Program-made: the position numbers and the translations under genes | The notes under the pieces: model-generated | What the model saw: the letters and a program-made list of their open reading frames with translations, nothing else | Told to the model about the DNA's origin: nothing | Databases searched by the model: none | In this document: positions 34,401 to 40,912 of the stretch, piece by piece | How positions within the stretch are numbered: the first letter of the stretch is position 1 | How the letters are laid out: each line of letters opens with the position of its first letter | IMG/VR virus record: IMGVR_UViG_3300032299_001001 | Span: 1 to 64,000 of that record | DNA from: an uncultured virus (IMG/VR IMGVR_UViG_3300032299_001001) | Taxonomy: Duplodnaviria > Heunggongvirae > Uroviricota > Caudoviricetes | Length of the DNA stretch: 64,000 nucleotides | Direction: 5' to 3' (one strand)

Positions 34401-36721
34401 TCGGTCACCACGACCACGTTGCCATTCGGACGGCGGGCTTCGAAAGTCGCACCGAACGAAAGCGAGTCATCGGCTTTCTCATCCGAGAGGTAGACCGTCA
34501 CCTTGTCCTTGGGTTGCAGGCTCTCGACAAATTGGCGCGACTGATCCGGAGGACGGTTGACCGTTTGCTGTGCGACTTTGACCTGCTCGACTTTGGTATC
34601 GGCGATCGTCTGCTTGCTCTTCTGAATCTCCGCATCGAGTGCCGTCGCTTCGGCCGGCGCTTTGCTTAAAGTGTCTTCGACCTGAACGAGCTTTTGATAC
34701 AGCGGCTCGGTCAGCGTGCTCTTGGCTTCCGGTGCCAGGTCCCGGCGCTCGATCTCCCCGATCGAACTCTCCAGCGTGGTCCGCGCATCTCGCAGCAAGG
34801 TCACCGCATTGCGGTCCAGTGTCTCAGCGGTCTCCGCTGCTTGGTCCACGATCGAGACTTCAGGGCGGGCCAGTGCCGCCTTGGAAATTTCCTCCGCGCC
34901 CATCGTTGCGAGATCGGGCATCGGTGTCGGTTGTTCGACCGGCGGAGTCTGCACTGCCGGGATCGAAGTAGCAGTTAGACGAGTCAGCGCAGGGGCCGCA
35001 ACGATCTCGACTTCGCTCTCCGCAGGAACTTCGACCTCCGTGCCATCATTGGCCCGCAGCAAAAACCTTGCACCGTCTTGGGCCAGTGACCCCTCGTAGC
35101 CATTGAACCGCACATTGGAACCAACCGCCTGACCAGCCGGCGTCATGTCCGGACCATCATCAAGCACCGATTCCGTGGCCGGGGTGCGCGGTTTAGGTTT
35201 CTGGACCGGGGTGCGTTTTACCTGCGTCGATCCGACCTCATCGTCATCGAAGAACCCAAGGGCTTTCTGTGCCAGAGCTTTTTCCGATCGGGTCGGGAGA
35301 TTGAGATACTCGACACCATTAAGCAGCGAGAACACTTCACCCTGCGGAGTTGAAAACCTCGGCAACCCAGAAAACTTTTGTGGATCAGGGTTAAAGATCG
35401 CGACCTTGCCTTCGTCATTACGGCGAAAATCAAAACCCCCAACAACCTTCGGCTCCGACCAGTTACTCTCAAGGACTGTGAGTGGTTGGCCCGACGCCGG
35501 ATCCTCCGGGATGTTGACTAGTGTCTGCTGTGTAGTCCGGCGCAACTTCTCCGCCGTCTGCGGAGCCAGTGCTTCGATGACACTGCCAGCGCCACCCAAA
35601 GCACCGCCGACTGTGGCCCCCGCCAGAGCGGCAATCCGCCGCTCCCGTTCCGCTTCCGGCGTTCCGACCACTTCCTCGATCGTCCGGTTCGGATCGGCCG
35701 CACCGAGAGCGGCTTGCTCCAATCCGGTCTGCACATACTCGGTGCCACCTTCCAAGGTTGCCGCAGCAGGAAGACCAACACCAACGCTTCGGGCCACCCG
35801 GCCAGGAAATGAAATCCCTGTGGCTGTATCGACACCCTCTGCTGCCGCCCGTCCCGTCTTCGTGAAAGGCTTGAGAAATTTCCCCGCGATAAAGACCTCA
35901 CCCAAAGTATCGAGTGCAGCCCCAGGAACAGCAAACGCTGCCGCTGCCAAGGCATCCCCTTCACCCGTCTCTTGGGCGATCTGACCGAAGCTCCCGCCCG
36001 CGATCTGGCCAAAGTTGGCGGCATAAGCACCTCCGATAGCTCCTCGGGTAGCTGCTTTATTGATGAGTTCAGCCCCCTCACCGAGAAGCATTCTTTTCGC
36101 GACCATCCCGGCCACTTCTTTTTCCGCGACATCTTTGGCCAACCCCGCAGTCACCCGCTTGCCAATCTCATTGGCCACAATTTTCTTCGCCACCGTCTTC
36201 GCGGCAAAACCACCGACGCCACCACCGACGGCCGAGACAAGTAACTGCGGGATCTGCTCACCAAGTAACCCAGCCGCATAAGTCGCCGCATCCCCCAGCC
36301 CGCCAATCTCCTCGAAGGGATCCTGCACAGTCGCTTGGTTCTGCGCGGCCTCCTCCATCTTACGGACGTAATTATCCAGCCCGAACTCCTCGATTCCCTC
36401 CACCCCGAGCGCCTGCCCCATGAGCCCGACCAACCCGTAGCCGAGACCTTGGGTCTGGTCGACACCGCGATCTAAACCAGTCGAGAACTCTTCGCGGAGG
36501 GTGCGTTCGGGCGCGGGATTCAGGATCGTCCCGCGTAGAGCAACCCTCGAAGCAAACTCCTCTAAGGGAACAACCACGTCTTCCTCTTCACTTGAAGAAG
36601 CACTGGGGGGTGGAGTGGTTCCGGGCGGACGCGCCGAAAGGCGGTAGAAATCTTCTACTGGGATTATTACATCCTCGGAAGTCTCAGTTGCCGCATCATC
36701 CTCAAGGTCATACCAAGCCAT
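25454..36721 (-). CDS. Giant polyvalent internal virion protein (3755 aa)
   Basis: Last gene of the internal-virion cluster; HEIAH zincin, ParB-like DHEGRSR, RAIHDLFGH domain and kinase-like GSEHQV...SQPYI...DVVPGNV. Confidence 0.85.
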   Translation of the reverse strand: MAWYDLEDDAATETSEDVIIPVEDFYRLSARPPGTTPPPSASSSEEEDVVVPLEEFASRVALRGTILNPAPERTLREEFSTGLDRGVDQTQGLGYGLVGLMGQALGVEGIEEFGLDNYVRKMEEAAQNQATVQDPFEEIGGLGDAATYAAGLLGEQIPQLLVSAVGGGVGGFAAKTVAKKIVANEIGKRVTAGLAKDVAEKEVAGMVAKRMLLGEGAELINKAATRGAIGGAYAANFGQIAGGSFGQIAQETGEGDALAAAAFAVPGAALDTLGEVFIAGKFLKPFTKTGRAAAEGVDTATGISFPGRVARSVGVGLPAAATLEGGTEYVQTGLEQAALGAADPNRTIEEVVGTPEAERERRIAALAGATVGGALGGAGSVIEALAPQTAEKLRRTTQQTLVNIPEDPASGQPLTVLESNWSEPKVVGGFDFRRNDEGKVAIFNPDPQKFSGLPRFSTPQGEVFSLLNGVEYLNLPTRSEKALAQKALGFFDDDEVGSTQVKRTPVQKPKPRTPATESVLDDGPDMTPAGQAVGSNVRFNGYEGSLAQDGARFLLRANDGTEVEVPAESEVEIVAAPALTRLTATSIPAVQTPPVEQPTPMPDLATMGAEEISKAALARPEVSIVDQAAETAETLDRNAVTLLRDARTTLESSIGEIERRDLAPEAKSTLTEPLYQKLVQVEDTLSKAPAEATALDAEIQKSKQTIADTKVEQVKVAQQTVNRPPDQSRQFVESLQPKDKVTVYLSDEKADDSLSFGATFEARRPNGNVVVVTEPDAEGNQEKLVFTPQQYNRLGMFKQPTPKQSPVDVAVNSVLGPKPTKAKAERVFGTPYQEGQPQEAFFDDGLYANPGKTNKVPGEVRYFDKEGEPGVKEVVNFGKWMKNLFTTVRQMNLGLDVPVPDDQLQNLPEGVQVEPRTMKNGQTANVVTKVVYNGNTYRRGDAAYDFSVNGENTGPGGFDNIYFNSPERLLRSERARKGKQTQKESAGKTVGSVQSKLESLDEADQFFVGDARARAARFIDRRSDLDPEAKAMASDEADASIIEQVAGRDKKGVPPVRDLALFKKFNSRMLDIFESNQENETGADTGRDVQEAARQITEELVASGQTAAQASAAVEPIVKRWQSYGDFSPIKTAMTKAQSAKKSAVRTGRNQRAAEADLAAGTTGDARPQQTPAERFAERTSDAAMDARERRSRLSEEDDDLLKDHLRGEELSESDQQRVEELLEYLQGNKTYDQINQGTQQGSEILSGQPANANDLRGRTTGAQPVAAGGPTESRGRGRNRAGTQRGRNRVGRTDDGQTGTVPAGPAGSGGGLGLGGTPDQRNASTARRAFVGSFIGDRSLVAGLSEAVVEKIYQAVSTTLDALAATKGRRVVAATEANMADLMGRSVEELVAGYQEEFSSYMANRERIDAIRRNAQEAVRSRIFEGPKAALEFMAQDGDRPAFMRMIAKVVLSQGQRFGLNIDDIAMQVGIFRRNFATQPLRGEEVRARVQEVQGEEGEGVFEVTTPGGVETYAFGGESGRTRKQAGKEARARAFDLVTGQTRTSWAGVLGVDENATSPVGRYSVVLNLDNWHEADDIGLTMLHEIAHVFSKTKFARLEKLNTVEKAAIKGIEAFRVRMLKAVARTNGLEVPAGNNPTTLAQLSRQVDDLSNPNVVGADADRRFAYLVNAEETARGLMESPEFLKLALQLGLGKAKTKGKKTSLSGPVAEAWGDIVDLNSGKKTAETSPLANAFQDAWAATFGALEGTTEGYAKPPIGANPLAQDLAALDQATNFIEDQIIARGLTGTTAEREALLQEFMAARNMERGAEATVEEADADVDTLADPVTMSRAVSPSPIENIFDSREGIGQVPNQIDINYFGFVKYMTPDEFRRLVPGGVSDTETKDFVVGALSRGEKLGPPFLSATWDDTAGVWKIKDHEGRSRIDAVREVYGTVPVPVHIFPTGMRAGDLTPQMRDAAFIPQRQVRWWEIPDLRDFVEPVTIQTPQESRAISNESREALSNQGATNDRRNQPALQATTPGMGSASGGDQVQRQTVRPNAEPNPFVQEGVSAYNARYGLGEVVRGHYAPVDEQRARSIAAAYDALPVLDEGRETQDAYRQLGFEIQQQWDYAINTMGVTFEPWTTEGQPYANSREMVRDVRDNKHLWFFTGGEPHPLLNQPDADGLTMNDKLRAIHDLFGHAAEDYQFGARGEENAWIKHSQMFTPLAQRALTTETRGQNSWVNYGAHNYAADGTRIKVPASERPFATQKVALLPEEFMDWRGALAADTVTESRAVAMEFVSPNERENLTFAQARAALTGTQQEQLRAFASRIHTVFGLDQSRVSDAIGDWADGAEPTTVTEHYAPGLTYEDVEVMAALKGALRNQKQVIPFLRDSEGTSRLYDVFIPNQTADQSRGILETAGIQFRTLIEQNGGTRVLIFDKNGSLFLPVRELVSSNNYETKYYKGTGNFLGNEDSREAGRAAYARTVGSAIARSRLAGRDTGRPDSVRATRLSELAAEAGLTLPNEDLNESRAVGESPNLIYQDAEGNLRGRPRTGSPEGNIGRALLRLQESANRGRDLGAGESFRFRADTGGQADQRLEQRRRAQGAAAFEELINVLEEQGLILDPESFENTVINGRKKIGDGSEHQVHSDKPTNRVIKYTNPDVTGSGVVGQSINVFDYLTNLNAHKKLFNIDIRLEGLVDLGEPFPRIVTSQPYIKGRDSTIPEINSYFRDELKFTKQDDGSWVRVRNGEVQRVWDVVPGNVKTVKIGKKKVVVPFDVQISIQSNAASGAVDQPNESRARGRVWRPVTRRTPTGGTISRGGMFAVDELLDKRAGDLYRSSRMAIKVDVSKIQDLSRVLERQIKNFYKGETPPLETINTALGNLDNPLTEQQIGEIEDLRARGLTNQAAKKRDQYIRDNRRNFKQNKQTQALAQLPEELAATIREMSSHIESLSRQLPNEGLVNGDLAITVDEALGTYLNRSYAIFDDPQWTDRVRKDAKVMDAARKYIRNSLAKAKAQDLIADAADEGRTLSRIDAEALANDSVIDDEVENLLEGYLAIGAEAPTIEVLSGRIPGQKNLSMFNQRGNIAPEIQALWGRYEDPSVNYAKTVMKLSSVIANDNFLKELRDLGIQEGWLWSRENNPDDTRHPPGYVRISTEKNPSLRPLGGMYVHPDLAEGLFKMFPVGSTEEHYAWLRALMKLTGISMATKTVGSVASQVRNFFGNYMPLIAGGNLGLDDITSGDFKRRFANSTDTVLASTFGKYRNMSRAEWRVKIDDYIRRGIVGESITTGLLEDLLTASRRAGSPDFGDFVWNKVGDPFKRVADFAVKTYSAGDDWFKVMIYEAEQDKYRRAFPDWDDNKIKEKAAVIARDIHWTYSLAPAIVQDLKKFPFVAPFVTFTSEVIRTTYNLQKLARQEITEGRATGNKELEAIGWKRVRGMTIAAFLPFAVGSAAMAMAGISGEDEEDLRRFLPDWQKNSQLVLFRKANGEIDFLDVSFLDPYEYFKKPLTAFMRSIRSPGSADEILLKGTMDMVRQAIDPFTSEQIFAGAIMDVMRNRDAAGRQVYNPQDTGANIGLNVARKIFYDPFVPGTVNSAERIGKAAFGIESETGRSYNLINELSSVALGQRVSSVDAQQALQFKSSRFMREMRDASALFNREFTAQGTRSAGDVIDGYARSNAARRSLIDSIRRDYLAAIRLGVSVQRAKAILRDGGLGGDTIKMVTTGIYKPYDASKQSIDLVRSRGKNDRVSAYNQARRSAVPREILADR
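28975..29199 (-). CDS. Putative nested (+1 frame) small gene inside the giant ORF
   Basis: ATG 9 nt after the stop of the previous nested ORF; overlies an Arg/Gly-rich linker. Confidence 0.35.
   Translation of the reverse strand: MKTSTKAAPSVKARISSTKMPKETFEDDREREALKGTSEGLYYASKNPPTEAEISAQARASGFVPTLAGKPIND
29209..29400 (-). CDS. Putative nested (+1 frame) small gene inside the giant ORF
   Basis: GTAATAAC motif 1 nt before the ATG; protein-like PLTLEQWDRLLQEAGW. Confidence 0.5.
   Translation of the reverse strand: MKQNITKEPATSSATKIPVKPGEPLTLEQWDRLLQEAGWRDATLDGPTAFELPGFPNSQPKQD
30532..30699 (-). CDS. Putative nested (+1 frame) small gene (55 aa)
   Basis: AAGGAG Shine-Dalgarno-like sequence 6 nt before the ATG; MTEETNLPYKRPPQGWDPQVEATKFKGKQFG... 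Confidence 0.4.
   Translation of the reverse strand: MTEETNLPYKRPPQGWDPQVEATKFKGKQFGPTPSQTPSSKKESVPTMPVTGSAK
32698..33027 (-). CDS. Putative nested (+1 frame) gene (109 aa)
   Basis: AAGGGAATAAAACCT-ATG leader; globular helical composition while the host frame is R/G-rich. Confidence 0.55.
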   Translation of the reverse strand: MTKSTKEPNKVQKYFRDNPQMLTIFVGGLLERNRSLPEGLQKAVGEDVIERALNGDVTVWAELMMAKPELFRLDPLDLVEDLAWEELLTNGTPAPRGEPSSAPSSATAV

Positions 36722-36760
36722 TGGTAAAGGTAGCTGTTAAGAGGTTATTACGCAACGCGA

Positions 36761-38242
36761 TCACTTGGAGTCTTCGTCTTCTTCCTCGGATCCGGTCAAC
36801 TCATTAGTGAAATCCCTCAACCAGCGTGCAGGAACACCTACGCCGGGGATGGCAGTCACGTCGCCGCTCGCCACGCTTTTTGCACCTTGATATAGAGTGT
36901 TGGCTGCAAATTCGTTGGCTTTTCGCAAGCCCTCGACAGATCCGCGCACAGCGTCTTTAGCCAGCCGAGCCACCCCGCGACCGCTCGCATCGTATCCCCG
37001 ACCTGCGAGTCCCAGCGCCAAGCCGCCACCTTCAGCGTCACCTTTTCTAAGCAACTCATACTTAAAAGTCTCTGCCGGCATTAGCTCACCGCTTTGTGAC
37101 ACCACAAGTAATCCGGGCGACTTCTCGGCTCGGGCCGCTACGTCACGATTGATTGCTGAGATGTTGACTCCTTTTTCACTGGTGTGCTCAAGTTCCAAGT
37201 CACGAATGTTCACAACTTTACCCTCTACACTCGGGGTGCGAGCGAGCACTGCTCGCAGACCAACTAGCGTCTCGTTATTTTTGGCGAGCCTCTCCTCGAT
37301 CGCGTCCCCGTCGTAGACTGTCCCGTCCGGAGCAGTATATCTTCCGGCTTTTTTAGCAGCTTGGAGTAGATTGTTTTCATCCAGAAGTCCGAGCGCATTG
37401 TTGAGTTCATTTTTTGGCTGTGCTATGCCGGCTTGCTCCAGCACTGCCTGCGCCTCTTCAGGTCTGCCTAACTCTATCAATCGTTGGGCAACGGTAGTTG
37501 CTTTGTCGGCCATAGCTAAGTCTACAGTGGGGGTTTTCGAGGAAACGTCTTGCCCGACTTTCCAGTCAGTAGTCTGAACCCGACGGTTTTCCTCCGCCGC
37601 TTTGCGGGCTACACTCTCGGCTTCCGATAACGTCAGGCCAAAGACCGGCGCATAGTTGTTGGCGAAGCCGTTGTTCCAATCATCGATAAGTTGTTTGCGG
37701 TCGGCCGACTTCATCGCACCACTGACGCGGCGGCTAAAGTCCAGATAGTCTTGGGAGAAGCCGCGCCACACTTGGTTGACTAAATCATCGGGCAGACCTT
37801 GAGGCTGTTCAGCGGTAGTAGCTTGGGTTCCCCCAGAGGCTTGCCTTTGCGCGATCTCCATCTCCCGAGCTTGCTCTTGGCGGAGCCCACCGGAATCCGG
37901 GAGATCGTCAAACACCGTCCGATTGGCCGGAGTCAAAAGATCAAAACTCCCGCCGTAAGATTCCGCCACGGGGGTTCTTAGATCAGCCTCTTGTGCCCGG
38001 CTGAGATCCACCGTCGCTCCCGCAGGGGCGGCAGGATTATTCGACAGAGAAGCAAACATTTCTTGGGCTTGCCGTGTTTGGGCATCGGGATCGTTCACCG
38101 CTTGAGCGTTGGGGGTGAACGCTTCGGCTGGTTGGGTCCGCATCTGTCTCCAACGAGAACGAGCCTCGTCGTAGATGTCACTGACATCATCGCCCTGCTT
38201 ACGCCCATACTCTTGGGCTACGAATTGTTCGAAAGGTGTCAT
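36761..38242 (-). CDS. Putative internal virion protein
   Basis: A/Q-rich helical composition; position in the injection-protein cluster. Confidence 0.55.
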   Translation of the reverse strand: MTPFEQFVAQEYGRKQGDDVSDIYDEARSRWRQMRTQPAEAFTPNAQAVNDPDAQTRQAQEMFASLSNNPAAPAGATVDLSRAQEADLRTPVAESYGGSFDLLTPANRTVFDDLPDSGGLRQEQAREMEIAQRQASGGTQATTAEQPQGLPDDLVNQVWRGFSQDYLDFSRRVSGAMKSADRKQLIDDWNNGFANNYAPVFGLTLSEAESVARKAAEENRRVQTTDWKVGQDVSSKTPTVDLAMADKATTVAQRLIELGRPEEAQAVLEQAGIAQPKNELNNALGLLDENNLLQAAKKAGRYTAPDGTVYDGDAIEERLAKNNETLVGLRAVLARTPSVEGKVVNIRDLELEHTSEKGVNISAINRDVAARAEKSPGLLVVSQSGELMPAETFKYELLRKGDAEGGGLALGLAGRGYDASGRGVARLAKDAVRGSVEGLRKANEFAANTLYQGAKSVASGDVTAIPGVGVPARWLRDFTNELTGSEEEDEDSK

Positions 38243-38694
38243 TCGTCTCCAGTAAGTCCACTCCCAAGGGTCTTACCGCCACCGCCACTTGCGGCTGCGC
38301 GACCCCCGCTTTGGTAAGACTTAATTAGGTCCGCGACTCCGCCACCGTAGCGACTAGTGGGTGCCGCCGGAGCATTGTTACCCCCACCCCCACTACCACT
38401 CCCACCAGATCTCAGCAGACGACGGCGCTCCTCGATGTCTTCAGTTTGAAGTTTATTGACGAGCGTCAGACGCTCGGTGTCGTAAGCGAGTTTCTTGAGA
38501 TTAAACTCAGCCTCGGCCCGTTTCTGCGGAAGCAAAATTTGAGCAAGCTCGTTTTCCAAATCCATCTTCTCCTGCGCCCGCTGATTCTCCTGCGCGTCAT
38601 TAAACGCGGTCTGGAACGTAGCCGCAGGGTTCCAGCCCCACGGAACGGGGTCCGGGGCTGCGATGGGATAACTTCTGAGCCAAGATTCAGCCAT
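38239..38694 (-). CDS. Putative internal virion protein
   Basis: Coiled coil plus Gly-rich tail; operon position. Confidence 0.55.
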   Translation of the reverse strand: MAESWLRSYPIAAPDPVPWGWNPAATFQTAFNDAQENQRAQEKMDLENELAQILLPQKRAEAEFNLKKLAYDTERLTLVNKLQTEDIEERRRLLRSGGSGSGGGGNNAPAAPTSRYGGGVADLIKSYQSGGRAAASGGGGKTLGSGLTGDE

Positions 38695-38696
38695 AA

Positions 38697-40424
38697 TTAT
38701 GCTCCTGTCCCCGCCCCGTAGTCGAAATTATTGAACCCATAGGGGTTACTCGCTTGTCTGTTAACGATACTACTGGCCAGATTCCCAAACACGGTCATCC
38801 CCGAGTTAATCGCTGACCCCACCAAGTTTTGATTGGTCGTTACTTGTGAGGCTTTCCAAGCGTTGTTGTTGGCCCAGTTAGCCATTGTGGCGTCTGCCAT
38901 TGTTGCAGCACCGGCTGTTCTGGCTGCGTTCATCGCGTCAAACACTCCTGTGCGGACGCCTACGGCCGTCCCCAATACCTTGTCGCGAGCGTTGATTCGT
39001 GCAGCCCTGTCTTGATAAATGGCGTTAGCTTTGGTGCCAAAAATACTATTGGCCACATTTGCGTTTGTGCTGGCGATTGAGCGTTCTGTGTTGAGATTCT
39101 CCCCGTAAACGGTCTGCCGACTTTGGAAGTTACGGTCCCAGATGTTAGTCAGCCTATTGCTGTTTCTGGCTGTCCTCTCGGAAATGTTGTCTCGCCGCGC
39201 ATCGAAGCCCAGTCGATTGGTATCAAGTTGTGACTGAAGCACATTGGAGGCGATGCCAAGATCCCCACGCACCCGATCGCCGATCCGGCCCAAGTTACTG
39301 TCGAGAGTCGTTTTGAATGCGCTTTGTCTCTGATCTCGATCGCTGGCTGCGGTATCTATCGACGCACGCATCAGCGAATCTTGACCGGAACGCATTTCAC
39401 CAAACAGACCAAGTGCTTGGGTCCCCAGTCCGGCCACACGAGTGTCGTAGTTGAGTCGACGCTGGTCCTCATACATCTTGGTTCCTTGCTGCATCAGATC
39501 CATCGAAGTCAGTCCCAGGTCACGGGCAGTCAACCCGCGTCCCATTTGACTTGAAGCACCGAAGCCCCCCTGCAAAGCACGCATCGCGCTCGACTTGGCC
39601 ACGTTCGCTTGCACGTCGGCCGAGATCTGACCACTCATCATCGCGGCAGCGTTGTTGTCGACAATGGCGGCAAGCTCTTGGGCGCGTGGGTCAGCTTCGG
39701 CGATAAGCCGTTGATTGGTGTCAAAGATGCTCTTCGTCAACGAATCAAGTGTCGCGGCGGCGTTGTCGGCCGAAATAAAAGATTCAAACTTCCCGAGTGC
39801 TTCGTCGGCTCTCCCCCGAAAAGTATCCCCCAGACTGATACTTTTGGAATCGAAGTCGTTGATTGTCTGGAGAGCCTCTTGGTCTCCTTTTTGGACTACG
39901 TCGGACGCCCGCGAGTCGAATTCGTCGGTGACCGCTTGGGATCGGACATTGAAGTCGTTGAGTGCTGCGGAAAATTCTTCTCTGTCTTGGGTGTCTAGAA
40001 GTGAAGACGCCTCGTTAAGATCTCGGGTGATCTTATCTAGGTCCTCCTGCAATAAAGCATCTTCTTGTTCTTGGGCTCCTCTAAGAGTGTCGCTATACCC
40101 CTTGATACGGTCCAAAAGTTTTTGCTCTTCGGCATCAAGCTCTTTGGCTCCGCTCGCTACTAGTCCGTCTACGTTGGCTACAAACTCGTCGGTAAGCCGT
40201 GTAATTTCCGGAACTAGCGGTGGCGGTTTGTTTCCTTTCCCATACGCCGCGTTACGGATAGCCCGAACATTATCATCAGCGATACGTTGAAGGTCTGCCA
40301 GAGGCACTTGAGTCGGGGAACTTCCGCCGCCGCCACCACCACCACCAAACAAACCTGCTTGGCCTGCTATCCCCGCCCCAACGCCTAGTGCGCTAACTCC
40401 TACGCCTACTGCTGCCCAAGACAT
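38697..40424 (-). CDS. Putative DNA ejection/pilot protein
   Basis: MSWAAVGVGVSALG Gly-rich hydrophobic N-terminus; ARDLGLTS motif; coiled coil. Confidence 0.6.
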   Translation of the reverse strand: MSWAAVGVGVSALGVGAGIAGQAGLFGGGGGGGGSSPTQVPLADLQRIADDNVRAIRNAAYGKGNKPPPLVPEITRLTDEFVANVDGLVASGAKELDAEEQKLLDRIKGYSDTLRGAQEQEDALLQEDLDKITRDLNEASSLLDTQDREEFSAALNDFNVRSQAVTDEFDSRASDVVQKGDQEALQTINDFDSKSISLGDTFRGRADEALGKFESFISADNAAATLDSLTKSIFDTNQRLIAEADPRAQELAAIVDNNAAAMMSGQISADVQANVAKSSAMRALQGGFGASSQMGRGLTARDLGLTSMDLMQQGTKMYEDQRRLNYDTRVAGLGTQALGLFGEMRSGQDSLMRASIDTAASDRDQRQSAFKTTLDSNLGRIGDRVRGDLGIASNVLQSQLDTNRLGFDARRDNISERTARNSNRLTNIWDRNFQSRQTVYGENLNTERSIASTNANVANSIFGTKANAIYQDRAARINARDKVLGTAVGVRTGVFDAMNAARTAGAATMADATMANWANNNAWKASQVTTNQNLVGSAINSGMTVFGNLASSIVNRQASNPYGFNNFDYGAGTGA

Positions 40425-40894
40425 ACGCAGTTTCTCCTCTCTAATGAAGTTTGAAGGCGTGGATTGTGGTGTTTTTCGATGATTCGCTCTTCGATCTCTT
40501 CGACCGTTTTCTCTTCAGCCACATGAAAAGTCGCCCAAATCGTGTCTTCATGGACAAACAACACTCTCCTAGTCCCAGGTTTCGTTATTCCTAGATATGG
40601 GGCCTGATATAGCACTGAACCTTCATTGGCAGACCATACCGAGACAGACCCCTTCAAAAGAACAAATGGGTGCTCCGTCTTATGGATCTTGCTAGTCAAA
40701 ACAGCACCAGCCGGCATGTGGATCTCGCGAATATACATCCCTTCGGTGAATCGATGGACCACCGGAAATTGCTCGCAGTTAAGCACGCCGCCGTTTTCTG
40801 CAATTCGTTCTTCGAGTTTATCGACGAAGTCGTCGGTCGCCTCCCTTAACTCCTCGGGCGTCAGATCTTCACATGATGGTAATACAAGGCTCAT
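40406..40894 (-). CDS. Cupin-like conserved phage protein
   Basis: HRFTEGMYIREI.MPAG..LTSKIHKTEH...PGTRR. Confidence 0.7.
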   Translation of the reverse strand: MSLVLPSCEDLTPEELREATDDFVDKLEERIAENGGVLNCEQFPVVHRFTEGMYIREIHMPAGAVLTSKIHKTEHPFVLLKGSVSVWSANEGSVLYQAPYLGITKPGTRRVLFVHEDTIWATFHVAEEKTVEEIEERIIEKHHNPRLQTSLERRNCVCLGQQ

Positions 40895-40912
40895 TGTGCG
40901 GTTATTACTATA

